Below, in pieces: positions 46,071-55,229 of a stretch of 64,000 bases of DNA. The position numbers and the translations under genes were made by a program. The stretch lies in IMG/VR virus record IMGVR_UViG_3300030503_000212, positions 38,493 through 102,492 of that record. One strand, given 5' to 3'. Every line of letters begins with the position of its first letter. Position 1 is the stretch's first letter. The notes beneath the pieces are model-generated. The model was given only the letters and a program-made list of their open reading frames with translations. It ran no database searches and was not told where the DNA came from. Source of the stretch: a virus.

Positions 46071-46571
46071 ATGCCGGTACGAGTGCTCCAACGTCCAGCC
46101 TTGATTACCCGGATTAGAGCGTTGCCTGACCGGGTAAAAGCTGGTGTAGCAGTGAAAGGCTATGCTGCTCGCTATGCGTTGGTTTGGGAATGGGGCACTC
46201 TCCGGTTTAGCACTCCGGGTCCTAAAACGATGTACGGATCTAACCCGGATGGTGTGGGTACCAAGATATTCACCAAGACCGCACCGTCTGGTTACATTCG
46301 GATTCACAAGCAACAGTTTTATGGCATGGTGCAGTTAGCCGTCAAGAGTATTTCAGCCCAGCAAGCATTTAGTGATGGGACATACGCGGTGCAGCTCACA
46401 GACAATGCCAATCGTGCAGCAACAGAAATTGCTCAGATTATGGCCAAAGATGCCCCAATAGATACAGGTCTATTGCGGTCGTCCATCGTAGCTGTAGACG
46501 GTAGTGATGTTGACTCTCTCTTGCAGGCGTCTTTCCGCCCCTTATTGATTGGAGATTTCTCAAATGGTTGA
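46071..46571 (+). CDS. HK97 gp10-like neck/tail-completion protein
   Basis: APIDTGLLRSSI motif; YARYALVWEWG. Confidence 0.7.
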   Translation: MPVRVLQRPALITRIRALPDRVKAGVAVKGYAARYALVWEWGTLRFSTPGPKTMYGSNPDGVGTKIFTKTAPSGYIRIHKQQFYGMVQLAVKSISAQQAFSDGTYAVQLTDNANRAATEIAQIMAKDAPIDTGLLRSSIVAVDGSDVDSLLQASFRPLLIGDFSNG

Positions 46572-47049
46572 GCCTATTTCTATTGCAGATCCGGTGACTA
46601 TACCCGCAGTGATGAGCAACAAAAAGTTCTACAACCAGAATTTTAAAGGTGCGGATCTCAAGAAACGAGATTTGCGCCGGTCAACGTTCATGTACTGCAC
46701 ATTCGATGAGTGTGACATGACTGAAACAGACTGCACGGGATGCGAGTTTTTCGGCTCTAGTTTCAGACAGACGAATTGTCACCACACGAATTTCAAAGAT
46801 GCCAAGTTGCACGCAACACTCTTTGAGCCTAGCGATTGTTACGGTATGACGATCACGCTGACATGCCATACGTTTCAGGACATGAAAATTGCTCGTGTTT
46901 GGTGGGATGGTCTGATGTTCTTTCTGTGCGGCCTCTTGATTCCGCCACGGGATGCTGAGGGGTTCGATCCGCGTGATGCAGTGATTTCCGCTTTGGGTCC
47001 TGAGTATTTCGTTCGTAACTCTGAAAAGTTCAAAGCAAGGAATTACTAA
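46549..47049 (+). CDS. pentapeptide-repeat protein
   Basis: FKGAD LKKRD LRRST FMYCT FDECD MTETD CTGCE FFGSS FRQTN repeats. Confidence 0.85.
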   Translation: MEISQMVEPISIADPVTIPAVMSNKKFYNQNFKGADLKKRDLRRSTFMYCTFDECDMTETDCTGCEFFGSSFRQTNCHHTNFKDAKLHATLFEPSDCYGMTITLTCHTFQDMKIARVWWDGLMFFLCGLLIPPRDAEGFDPRDAVISALGPEYFVRNSEKFKARNY

Positions 47050-47624
47050 TGCCCAACCCGACCCAGCAGATGCGCGACATGATCGACACATACTATGAGT
47101 ATGTGAAAGGTCGTATCGTCAATGGTGATCCTGCTGGGAGCGGTTTGCCGCCGATCAACCCAGAACGCCAGTTTGGAGGCATTATCCAAGCTGAGGCATG
47201 GCCTCCTACAGACATCATCCTGGGTGGTCTGTATCTTACGATCCTCCAGATGACACCCAATATTCGGTTTGGGACACGCGGTAATCCCTATTACACAGTA
47301 GTTAGTCAGTGGCTATGGGCTAACCAGGGAACGGATTTGACGGCGACGCAGCAGGGAGCAAACCGGGGCAATCGATTCCCTGACGACGTGGCAATTCGGA
47401 ATGAGCTCTTGCAGGCAAATTTTCCGTTGTTCACAGCGCTAAACTCAATTTCTGTTGATCCAGTTTCAGGTGATATCATCATGACGCCATACAGTCCTAC
47501 ACAAGTATGTCGTTGGACAGCATTAGCCTTTGGGCCGAAAACGTCTGGTACTGATGATTCGGGTGTTCTTTACGGTGCGGCGGCTGTGGATGTTAGTACA
47601 TTCCAGCAACCCTTGACTCAGTAA
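47049..47624 (+). CDS. tail terminator-like protein
   Basis: Synteny, immediately before the tail tube gene. Confidence 0.6.
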   Translation: MPNPTQQMRDMIDTYYEYVKGRIVNGDPAGSGLPPINPERQFGGIIQAEAWPPTDIILGGLYLTILQMTPNIRFGTRGNPYYTVVSQWLWANQGTDLTATQQGANRGNRFPDDVAIRNELLQANFPLFTALNSISVDPVSGDIIMTPYSPTQVCRWTALAFGPKTSGTDDSGVLYGAAAVDVSTFQQPLTQ

Positions 47625-47639
47625 CCTACGAGGTCTGAA

Positions 47640-48749
47640 ATGGCTAATCTGCCCAAGAGTTTATACCAGCCCCTCCGTCAAGGGATGCTGTCGGTTGGTG
47701 TGGGATGGCGTGCTTTTTATGCGCCGTTCAACACGGTAGCGGCACTCTCTACCCCATTCTCCACAATCGGGCCATCGATGCTGGACCTCCAGAATCAGGG
47801 ACCGTTCATCGATTCGTCGCTGCCTGCTCACTGGAACGACCTTGGCTATGTCAAGGACGTAAAGGTCAGTCCGGCGACAAAATGGGGATCTATCAAAACC
47901 GGATATCGCAATGTCATTCGCGCTATGTACGCGGGTGATCTTGCCGAGACGTTCGAGGTTAAGTTCGCGGAGCGCTCGCGCATCGTGGATCAGATTTCGA
48001 GCGGCATGCAGGTGTTCAACCTGTTGTCCAACCCCGCATTCTCCGGTAGTGTTGCCGGGCCGCTGTCGGCCTCAGGCACAACAGCTATCCCCATGGGTGC
48101 CTCTGGGTACCTAGCTCTGGGCATCACAGGCACAGCGACCGCTGGGTTGCCTACCCTGTGCGTCCCAGCAGGCTCAGGTGCATCGTTCCAGGTCGGAGAG
48201 TACATCGTCTGCGATCAGAATTACACGCCCGGTACTGGTGGCTATGTGGGCGATGCTGCTGCATTGGCATTCCCCGGCATCGTGACGGATATCGACTTTA
48301 TCCGTAAGACCTCGGATTACGTTGCTCGCGTTGTGGGTATTGTTCCAACAGTCGTTGCCGGTCAGGATGCATTGGTCCTCAACAAGGCGTTTGTTGGCGG
48401 CGGCAACAATATCATTGTCGGCAGCGCTACGTACGGTCCTACGGCTGGGGCTATGATCCAGCCGATCAAGGGAACAGTACGGCGCAACGGTGGCATCAAG
48501 ATCAATGAGTGGTCGGCATTGTTCTTGCTGGAGACGGAGGATTTTTCACAGTTCGCTCTCTACTACCCGCGTGTAGCACCCAGTTCCATGAAGGGCTTGG
48601 CATCGGACGCTGTAACCGATACCTCTCTGTTCGATTGGAGCATGGATACGGAGTTTACCGCGCTCGGATTCGATGATCCAGTCGACGGCGAGACGGTGCT
48701 TTCGTACATGGCCTATTACCCGAATGCCAACCAGGACATTCAGATTTAG
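47640..48749 (+). CDS. major tail (tube) protein
   Basis: WNDLGYVKDVKV tube-like motif; QFALYYPRV; precedes chaperone and tape measure. Confidence 0.75.
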   Translation: MANLPKSLYQPLRQGMLSVGVGWRAFYAPFNTVAALSTPFSTIGPSMLDLQNQGPFIDSSLPAHWNDLGYVKDVKVSPATKWGSIKTGYRNVIRAMYAGDLAETFEVKFAERSRIVDQISSGMQVFNLLSNPAFSGSVAGPLSASGTTAIPMGASGYLALGITGTATAGLPTLCVPAGSGASFQVGEYIVCDQNYTPGTGGYVGDAAALAFPGIVTDIDFIRKTSDYVARVVGIVPTVVAGQDALVLNKAFVGGGNNIIVGSATYGPTAGAMIQPIKGTVRRNGGIKINEWSALFLLETEDFSQFALYYPRVAPSSMKGLASDAVTDTSLFDWSMDTEFTALGFDDPVDGETVLSYMAYYPNANQDIQI

Positions 48750-48776
48750 TTCTGGCTGCAACAGTAAGTCTCGTGT

Positions 48777-48810
48777 GTGGAGTGGGACGACCTATAAACC
48801 CCCACTCCAC
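48777..48810 (+). terminator. 10-bp hairpin between tail tube and chaperone genes
   Basis: GTGGAGTGGG-14nt-CCCACTCCAC; no U-tract. Confidence 0.4.
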
Positions 48811-48839
48811 GACATACTCTTGATTGAGGTATCAAAATC

Positions 48840-49628
48840 ATGGCATCCACTCGTAAGGCCGCTCCCCGCAAAGTCGTCGAAGCTCCGGTAGAAACTACTG
48901 TTGAGCAAGCTGCAACAGAAACTCCCCAACCTGCACCCACACCAGAATCTTACGTTGATTTGCTGAACGAACTGAACAAATTCATTCCAGAGGATAAGTT
49001 CGAGCACTTTGACAAAGTGTTGAGCAATTTCACGCAGCGTCGGATCAATCTTATTCGCCAGGAGATGGAGGCGAATTCCGCTCGTGAGATCGTAAAGATT
49101 CGGGAGGATCTGAATGCCAAGGTCAAGGAAACCGTCACAGCTAAGTTGGCAGAGATTGAAAGAGCTGCTGGTCCTTCATCGTCTGAGGATATGCGTAAAC
49201 TCGTTACGCAGGAATATCTCAAGTTTCCTATCACTATAGTTTCTGTTGACGATGAGGATTTTGAGCAGACGCGGAATTTTACGATTCGCGAGATTTCCCA
49301 AACGGCCGAAAAACGGCTGGTATTAATGCTTGCTGATCGTATCGCTCCGCTCATGCAAAAGTTCGCTGGGATCAAGTTTACGGACGCTATGACCAACGCT
49401 GACAAGTTGCAAAAGGCTATCAAGGTAGCTCCGGAAATCTTGGACATTACAGCCGCAGCTTGTGTCATCGTCCTGAACCCGTACGGGCGTGACGCGGAAA
49501 TTACTGTTGAGTGGGTGCAGCAACATGTCAGCTCTGCGCGACAGATGGCCTATATCGAAGCTCAGTTTATGGCTAACAGGATTCGGGATTTTTTTTACAG
49601 CGTCTCCCGCGTTTCCCAAGGGACGTAG
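48840..49628 (+). CDS. tail assembly chaperone (G-like)
   Basis: Position before tape measure; slippery site near its 3' end. Confidence 0.8.
   Translation: MASTRKAAPRKVVEAPVETTVEQAATETPQPAPTPESYVDLLNELNKFIPEDKFEHFDKVLSNFTQRRINLIRQEMEANSAREIVKIREDLNAKVKETVTAKLAEIERAAGPSSSEDMRKLVTQEYLKFPITIVSVDDEDFEQTRNFTIREISQTAEKRLVLMLADRIAPLMQKFAGIKFTDAMTNADKLQKAIKVAPEILDITAAACVIVLNPYGRDAEITVEWVQQHVSSARQMAYIEAQFMANRIRDFFYSVSRVSQGT
49589..49595 (+). other. programmed -1 ribosomal frameshift site (T TTT TTT)
   Basis: GAT TTT TTT in chaperone frame; the -1 frame is open from here into 49676..50002. Confidence 0.85.
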
Positions 49629-50002
49629 AGGCAGACGAGAGTGCGAATCCGCAGGCAGCAGCGGCGGCATCTTGGATGGAGGCGTTGCACATGCCTCTGC
49701 GTGATATCGAGGATAAGTACACGCTGTCAGAGATCACCCTGATGGCGTGGCGCTCACAAGAGCAGGCTTATCAGATGCGTAGCAAAATGGCAGCAGCCCG
49801 TGCGAATACACCTCGTAAAGCTATTGATGCTGGACCTGTGAACAAGAACGAACAACGCATTACAGGACTCGAACAAGTTGCGGAATCATTCGATAAACCC
49901 CTAGAGGATAGTAAGGGCAATTTCACACTCAAGCATCAATCGGGTGAGAACGCAGCCAAGTTCTTAGCCTCCATGGGATTCGCGGTCAGCTCAATGGGTT
50001 AA
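49595..50002 (+). CDS. tail assembly chaperone frameshift extension (T-like)
   Basis: -1 frame LQRLPRFPRDVEADESANPQAAAAASWMEALHMPLRDIEDKYTLSEITLMAW... Confidence 0.8.
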   Translation, partial: LQRLPRFPRDVEADESANPQAAAAASWMEALHMPLRDIEDKYTLSEITLMAWRSQEQAYQMRSKMAAARANTPRKAIDAGPVNKNEQRITGLEQVAESFDKPLEDSKGNFTLKHQSGENAAKFLASMGFAVSSMG

Positions 50003-50018
50003 AACAGGAGTAAGCACA

Positions 50019-53000
50019 ATGGCCGATTTCAGTATGGATCAACTGCTGATGGCTTTCGACATCGACTTAACGCCGATGAAATCGAAAGCTGCGGATGCTG
50101 ACAAGATTATTGACGAGTTAGAGGCAAAATGGTCTAAGTCGTCGTCATCTATGGCGTCTGCCGGTCAGTCTGTTGCGGCATCCCAACAGGAAACGAGTGC
50201 TGCTGTGTCAGAGGTTGTCTCTCAGACGCAGCAAGCCGTTACTGCGAGTAGAGAACAGACTGTTGCGGCCAAAGAAACTACTGCTGAGGTTCGTCAACAG
50301 ATTCTCCAGGCTCAGGCACGTAAAGCTGCACTGTCAGCAGAAACTGCTGAAATCACGAAACAGACAGCAGAGCTCCGCAAGCAGCGTTTGGAGACTGCAA
50401 CATCCGGGTCAGCCGGTGAGGGTAAGAGCAAGGGTGAGGGTGGCGGATCTGGCGTCATGGGCGTTGCCGGTGCTGGAATCAAGGATGTCACCAAGGGCAT
50501 CTTTGGTGAGGGCCTAGCTAGTGAGGTAGCCGCTGGTGCTATTGCTGGTGAGGGAATAGGTGCAGCTCTCGCACTTATCAATGAGGGACTCACTAAGTTC
50601 GTCGAAATGATGAAAGACGCTGTAGAGGAATCCAGCGAACTTGCCCAGGTCAAAGCACGGTTTACCGCGCTGGCTGAGGGTGCCGGATCTGAAATGCCGT
50701 CAGCTATGGATAAGATGCGCGATGCTACGCGTGGTCTGATTCCTGATATTGATCTTGCTCGCGCTGGTATCGCGGCATGGCAAACTGGGTTACACCTGTC
50801 TGCCGATCAAGTGTCAAAGTTTACAGGCGCTGTAGTAAACATGGCACTGCATATGGGACGCGATCCTGTGCAGGCGTTGAAAGCTGCTGAGCAAGCAATG
50901 GCGACGGGTCGTGCTGCAAGCCTAGCCTATGAGCTAGGCGTGAGTCGTGCATCACTTTCTCTTGAGGGAATTGGGATGTCGGCACGCGGTGCTGCCGGTG
51001 CTATGACACAGACAGCTCACATGATGTCTGCTGTTGAGCAGATGTCTGCTAAAGCAGGTCCCGCGCAACTTACCTTGGCCAACAGTATGCAAGTGCTTAA
51101 GGTTGCAACAGAAAGTATGTTCGAGGAATTTGCGGCTGGTTTTCAAGGATCAGCTGGTATCAAGCAGGTAGGTACCGTACTCACGGATATAGCCGCAAAG
51201 TTCCACGATCTATCAGATGAGGTAAAGCCGTTTGGACTTGCATTCGGCGAATCATTCGGAGCAGCAGCTGACGGTTTAAAATCGATATTTGGTGCTTTGG
51301 GAGATGTCGTAAGTCTGTTCAGTAAGCTGTCCGGATTCTCAGAGATTTCCAAGCTATTTCACATTACCGGTCCTGATGGACAGGCAGTCAGTGGTTGGCG
51401 CTTGTTTGGGACAATTATTGTTGCGTTGGCTGGCAACATCGACATGATGGCGCGAGCTCTCAAAGATTCTCTTGACGTAGCACTGGCTGTGACAGATGCC
51501 AACATGCAACGAATGGCGGCTACATTCAAATTGGTTACAGACGATCTTATAGCTGTAGACTCAGCAATCGATACTATGACAGGCCGTTCTGCCAAGCTCA
51601 AGGCTATGGAGGCTGATGTAAAGTCGTTTGGTGGCGAGGTCAAAAATCTCAGTCAGCGATTCCAAGACTGGCAAGACCATATGATTACGTCCATCATTCC
51701 TTTGGATGCGATTATCACGTGGTTTGAAAATCTTGTGCCTAAAATACGTGCTGCAAACGACGAGGTAGGCGAGTTCATCAAAAAGTTCTCCGGTTTTGAA
51801 TATGTAGCCGGACTGCTGAAATCAATCCTATCCGGCAAGAGTATTTCTGATGCTATTTCTACGATGGATAAGCAGCTGGCGAATTCTGGCAATTCATACC
51901 AGAAAAGCATGACCGATGCGAACCAAAAAGTGGTTGCAGCAGTCAAAGCTGGGGCTAAGGACATGTCCAATGCCGTGTCCGAGAACATGAATCGTATTAA
52001 GACAACACTAAGTGGTTCGGTTGAGGACAAGGCAACTCCAGATACTGTTGCACCGCCGAAACAGTTGCCGAATACTGGCTTGATGGAGGAGCTGGCTAAG
52101 GCCAAGGAGAAAATGGAGGAGGCGCTGGCTAAAGCAGCGCTAGAGCGGCAGTTAGCTGACAATCAGGCAGAACGTGATGCTAACGAATTGAGCTACAAGC
52201 AGGGTTTGGAAAGCCTTGAGGACTACATTGCTCAAAAGCGTGCGTTACAAGCCAAAGACTCAGCGGCGTCATTGGCTCAAATCAATCTCGACGAGCGTGC
52301 TCAGCTTTCTGAGGCTAAAGAGGCGTTTGCAGCCAAGATGCAGCAGCGCTCGGTGCTTGAGTCACAAATAAGTGCTGTTTCCACATCCAAGGACGGCGAC
52401 GCAAAAAGCCGCAGCAATCAGATCACGGATCTATCGTCTCAGCTGTCACAATACAGCGGTGCCGATGAGATGTTAGCCGATCAGCTCAAAGCAATTACTG
52501 CTGAGGCTGATGCTAAGCGCTACGCACTAACAAAGAGCGACGGTACCAAGCTCGCTGATCTACAGGCACAATTGGACGCCGCGACCATGGCAGCGGCCCG
52601 AAAGACTGCTGACGGATTGCTCAAGCTCACGACGGATCGTATCGACAAGCAGCAAGCAGCAGAGAAAGCTCAATTCGAGCAAGGCCGGGTTTCTCCTGCT
52701 GACTATCAAACATCGCAGCAGAATGCCGCTGTACAAACGGCACAAGCGCAAGGCCAGCATGCTCAGAGTGTACTTGCGGCGTCACCCCAAACGCCTGCAT
52801 CATTGGCTGCATACAACGATTCGATTGCCCAAGCTGCTCAGTCTTTACAAGAGAAAGTCACGCAGATTTACAGTAGCGCGACGACCGAACAGCTACAGTT
52901 CATTCAAAATGTGTTTGATCGTCAAGAGAAAGCTATCGACGTACAGTTAGCGTTCATCAAACAGTATGGGTATCAGTTCACAACTGGATCTGATGCTGCC

Positions 53001-55229
53001 GCACTGTTGCAGGCTGGAATCGCAGCAGCTAGTAAAGAGTTGCAGGCATACGAGGCCACATTCCAGCAGCTCAACAGTAATCCAGATACACAGTTTGATG
53101 CTCAGTGGCAAGAGGTTGTAGACAAAACGCAACAGGCTTTTGACAAGCTGCAACAGTACAAGTTGAGCTTGGCTGAGACAGTGAATATTGCTACACCATT
53201 GGGCAGCATTTGGGACTCCCTGGGTAAGGGATTGTCAACACTATTTGCGAATGCTGGGCCTCAGACTTATTCGATGGCTACAGCAAATGCGGGCGGTGCT
53301 AATCGTGGTGCTGAATCGTTCAGAACTGTGTCTAATCCACGAGCTCAATTTGCAGATATTGGTGAGTCTTTATCTGCTGGCGGCGGTATGCTTTCGAGTT
53401 TGGCTGCTACCAACGAAAAGATCAAGAATCTGACACACCCTCAGCAGCTCGATCCGGTCATGCAACAGATGCATGATCTAACGTTGTCGTCCAGCACATC
53501 AATCAAGACAGCGGCTGATGCATTTGGTGGTTCTACAGGGACACTTACAACAAACTTTCAGTCCCTTAGCGATGTAGTGACAAAACTTGTCGGCCAGTTC
53601 AATGACTTTTTGGGTGGCAAGCCTGCATCGACGACTGCCAGCACGAGTACGCCGAGTATGAGTGGATTGGGAGTCCATGACGTAATCCCGGGCACGAGCA
53701 TTCCCAGTACCGGTACCACGGGTTTGACGCCTTATATAGCGGCTCCTGAGGGCAGAGCTGTTCCGGGTTCGTCCGCACCCTTTTCTGCGTCGCCGTTGGG
53801 CATGCCTAGCTCTGCTGAGATCATGGCCGGTGGTGATGAGGGCGCGTCGCTAGATACAACGGATTCCACGACAAACTCAATGATTGCTGAAAAGCCTATG
53901 CCGTCATTCGCTAACTCAGGAGCAGTGCCCAGCATGGGAGGCACAGCAGCAGATTCAACAGCTAAATTCGCATCGGGGCTTGGTATTGCTGTGTCCACAC
54001 TGACATCGTTTGTGGGAGCTATAACGAGTGCCAAGAGTGCTATCTCAGGAGCTTTTGCTGGAGGTGCTGGAGGTGCTGCTATCGGATCACAGGCCAGCTC
54101 AGCATTGGGCGGCTCTACGGGGAACGCAGCGAGCGCCGCTATGGGCATCTCTGGGTCATTGAGTGCTGCTATGCCTGCTATCGGTGCAGGGTTGGGTGTC
54201 ATCATGGGCGTGTTCATGGGCGAAAAAAATGCCATGGTGCAAACGGAGTTGACGGATCTAAAAAACACATACACCCAAATGCAAGAGGCGTACTCGTCAG
54301 GCAACGCCACACTGCAACAGACAATTTCTCAGCTGGAGACATTGATTGCCGAGGCTCAGGCAGACATGGCCAATAGCAAAAAGGGCAGTTCACAGTTTCA
54401 GTCTCTTATTACGCAGTACAACCAACAGCTGCAACAGTATGAGGACCAAGCTCAGACTTTGATGATTCAGCTGAATCAACAGGTCAAGCAATTAGTGTTG
54501 CCGAATGAGGGTGTTGACTACACGAGCTATATCAGTTCGCTACAACAGATTGTGCAACAATACGAGGCATTTGCCGGTGCTGCGAGCACGGCAGCTCAAT
54601 CTCTCCAGGCGCAACAGTATTTGCAGGAATCATTGGCAAGTCAGGTACAGCAGTGGTCGCAGCAGATGCAGCAGGATGAAATCAACGCAGTACAAAGTGC
54701 ATTGCAGCTCAATCAGCTCACATTGCAGTATCAGCAGCTGTTGCAGAATACAGCACAGACTGAGCGCGGCATTTTGGAACAGGGCGTTCTAACTCGTCAA
54801 CAGACTTTTGCTCAGTCCAAGGCGCAACAGCTGGCTCAGACACAGTATCAGGCTGGATTACAAGAGGATCAAATGGAGCAGCAGATTCTGTTGACGCAGG
54901 CACAAGTAAGTGCGGCATCTCAGGTATTTGATCTTGCGACTACGCGTGTCGGTCTAGAGTCACAGCTCTTGACGTTGCAGGAGAGCGCTGCAACACGTTC
55001 TGAGCAGAGTGTGCAGGCGCTGGCTAACTTGTTGCAGGCGATGGGTGCTAATGGTCAGGGCGTCGTCAGTAACAACTCTGCAACACCCACAGCTAACAAT
55101 TTCATCACCCAACTGCTTGCACTGTTGGCTGGAAACTCGAATGCCAGCTCATCGACTATCATGGGCTTGCTGGCACAATACGAACAGTACACATCGTCCG
55201 GTTTGGGCGTGAATGGATCGACACTCTAA
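50019..55229 (+). CDS. tape measure protein
   Basis: 1736 aa, Ala/Gln/Ser-rich helical, follows the chaperone pair. Confidence 0.93.
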   Translation: MADFSMDQLLMAFDIDLTPMKSKAADADKIIDELEAKWSKSSSSMASAGQSVAASQQETSAAVSEVVSQTQQAVTASREQTVAAKETTAEVRQQILQAQARKAALSAETAEITKQTAELRKQRLETATSGSAGEGKSKGEGGGSGVMGVAGAGIKDVTKGIFGEGLASEVAAGAIAGEGIGAALALINEGLTKFVEMMKDAVEESSELAQVKARFTALAEGAGSEMPSAMDKMRDATRGLIPDIDLARAGIAAWQTGLHLSADQVSKFTGAVVNMALHMGRDPVQALKAAEQAMATGRAASLAYELGVSRASLSLEGIGMSARGAAGAMTQTAHMMSAVEQMSAKAGPAQLTLANSMQVLKVATESMFEEFAAGFQGSAGIKQVGTVLTDIAAKFHDLSDEVKPFGLAFGESFGAAADGLKSIFGALGDVVSLFSKLSGFSEISKLFHITGPDGQAVSGWRLFGTIIVALAGNIDMMARALKDSLDVALAVTDANMQRMAATFKLVTDDLIAVDSAIDTMTGRSAKLKAMEADVKSFGGEVKNLSQRFQDWQDHMITSIIPLDAIITWFENLVPKIRAANDEVGEFIKKFSGFEYVAGLLKSILSGKSISDAISTMDKQLANSGNSYQKSMTDANQKVVAAVKAGAKDMSNAVSENMNRIKTTLSGSVEDKATPDTVAPPKQLPNTGLMEELAKAKEKMEEALAKAALERQLADNQAERDANELSYKQGLESLEDYIAQKRALQAKDSAASLAQINLDERAQLSEAKEAFAAKMQQRSVLESQISAVSTSKDGDAKSRSNQITDLSSQLSQYSGADEMLADQLKAITAEADAKRYALTKSDGTKLADLQAQLDAATMAAARKTADGLLKLTTDRIDKQQAAEKAQFEQGRVSPADYQTSQQNAAVQTAQAQGQHAQSVLAASPQTPASLAAYNDSIAQAAQSLQEKVTQIYSSATTEQLQFIQNVFDRQEKAIDVQLAFIKQYGYQFTTGSDAAALLQAGIAAASKELQAYEATFQQLNSNPDTQFDAQWQEVVDKTQQAFDKLQQYKLSLAETVNIATPLGSIWDSLGKGLSTLFANAGPQTYSMATANAGGANRGAESFRTVSNPRAQFADIGESLSAGGGMLSSLAATNEKIKNLTHPQQLDPVMQQMHDLTLSSSTSIKTAADAFGGSTGTLTTNFQSLSDVVTKLVGQFNDFLGGKPASTTASTSTPSMSGLGVHDVIPGTSIPSTGTTGLTPYIAAPEGRAVPGSSAPFSASPLGMPSSAEIMAGGDEGASLDTTDSTTNSMIAEKPMPSFANSGAVPSMGGTAADSTAKFASGLGIAVSTLTSFVGAITSAKSAISGAFAGGAGGAAIGSQASSALGGSTGNAASAAMGISGSLSAAMPAIGAGLGVIMGVFMGEKNAMVQTELTDLKNTYTQMQEAYSSGNATLQQTISQLETLIAEAQADMANSKKGSSQFQSLITQYNQQLQQYEDQAQTLMIQLNQQVKQLVLPNEGVDYTSYISSLQQIVQQYEAFAGAASTAAQSLQAQQYLQESLASQVQQWSQQMQQDEINAVQSALQLNQLTLQYQQLLQNTAQTERGILEQGVLTRQQTFAQSKAQQLAQTQYQAGLQEDQMEQQILLTQAQVSAASQVFDLATTRVGLESQLLTLQESAATRSEQSVQALANLLQAMGANGQGVVSNNSATPTANNFITQLLALLAGNSNASSSTIMGLLAQYEQYTSSGLGVNGSTL

